DNA of 32,000 nucleotides from Candidatus Sulfobium sp. Lineage in GTDB: Bacteria > Nitrospirota > Thermodesulfovibrionia > Thermodesulfovibrionales > UBA6898. The DNA lies in assembly GCA_037380845.1 (NCBI GenBank), contig JARRRI010000006.1, forward strand, positions 30,991 through 62,990. The letters are read 5' to 3'. Below are positions 31,902-32,000 of this stretch, in pieces. The notes below the pieces were generated by a model. The model was given only the letters and a program-made list of their open reading frames with translations, was not told the DNA's origin and ran no database searches. Positions within the stretch are counted from its first letter, which is position 1. Every line of letters begins with the position of its first letter. The translations under genes and the position numbers were made by a program.

Positions 31902-32000
31902 TTATTCATGCCTCCGGCCCCTGCATATCTGGACCGCGGACTGCACGAGCATCAGCGCGATCCCGGCAGTAAGGGCGGCATCTGCAACGTTAAAAGCGGG
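31902..32000 (-). CDS. lspA: Lipoprotein signal peptidase (signal peptidase II), C-terminal 32 codons only
   Basis: The minus-strand translation PAFNVADAALTAGIALMLVQSAV... matches the conserved C-terminal FN(V/L)AD motif region of LspA. Stop TAA at 31902-31904. The gene continues beyond the window. Confidence 0.75.
   Translation of the reverse strand, partial: PAFNVADAALTAGIALMLVQSAVQICRGRRHE

Overview
The window looks like a moderately GC-rich chromosomal segment from an anaerobic bacterium that uses the Wood-Ljungdahl pathway. Lineage cannot be assigned from sequence alone. About 26 protein genes are supportable, and I found no rRNA, tRNA or CRISPR array. From left to right the genes are:
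- rluB (5' partial) and aspS.
- A minus-strand seven-repeat beta-propeller gene that lacks a proper 5' end.
- A PAS histidine kinase and a CheB/CheR-PAS fusion (minus strand) that look like one signalling gene split in two.
- A block of an ABM-fold protein followed by membrane proteins: MscS channel, CPBP protease, MIP/aquaporin channel and a DUF4396-like protein.
- An RNase H-like exonuclease gene overlapping xerD, then a MoeA-like molybdopterin-binding protein.
- A roughly 13.5 kb plus-strand gene string closed by one clear intrinsic terminator at 29541-29572: acsE-acsD-acsC-acsB-acsA, followed directly by genes for NuoE-like, NuoF-like, a small Fe-S protein and NuoG-like proteins.
- nfi, a REC-PilZ response regulator, a DUF1189-like membrane protein and the 3' end of lspA.

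The most interesting candidate is the HydABC/Bfu-style NuoE/F/G-like flavin/iron-sulfur module attached to the CODH/ACS genes.
- It has no hydrogenase or formate dehydrogenase active site of its own.
- Its NuoF-like subunit carries a C-terminal CBS pair, and a perfect internal Shine-Dalgarno plus ATG sits at the fusion junction.
- It includes an extra protein made of a stand-alone NuoF N3-cluster domain plus a 2x[4Fe-4S] ferredoxin.

Secondary observations:
- A hairpin-forming dispersed repeat built from GTGTCAG/CTGACAC heptamers. One copy lies between acsE and acsD and another lies downstream of xerD.
- A structured 284-bp gap that interrupts the acs genes.
- A very recent 312-bp duplication inside the propeller gene.

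Novelty claims could not be checked against databases here.
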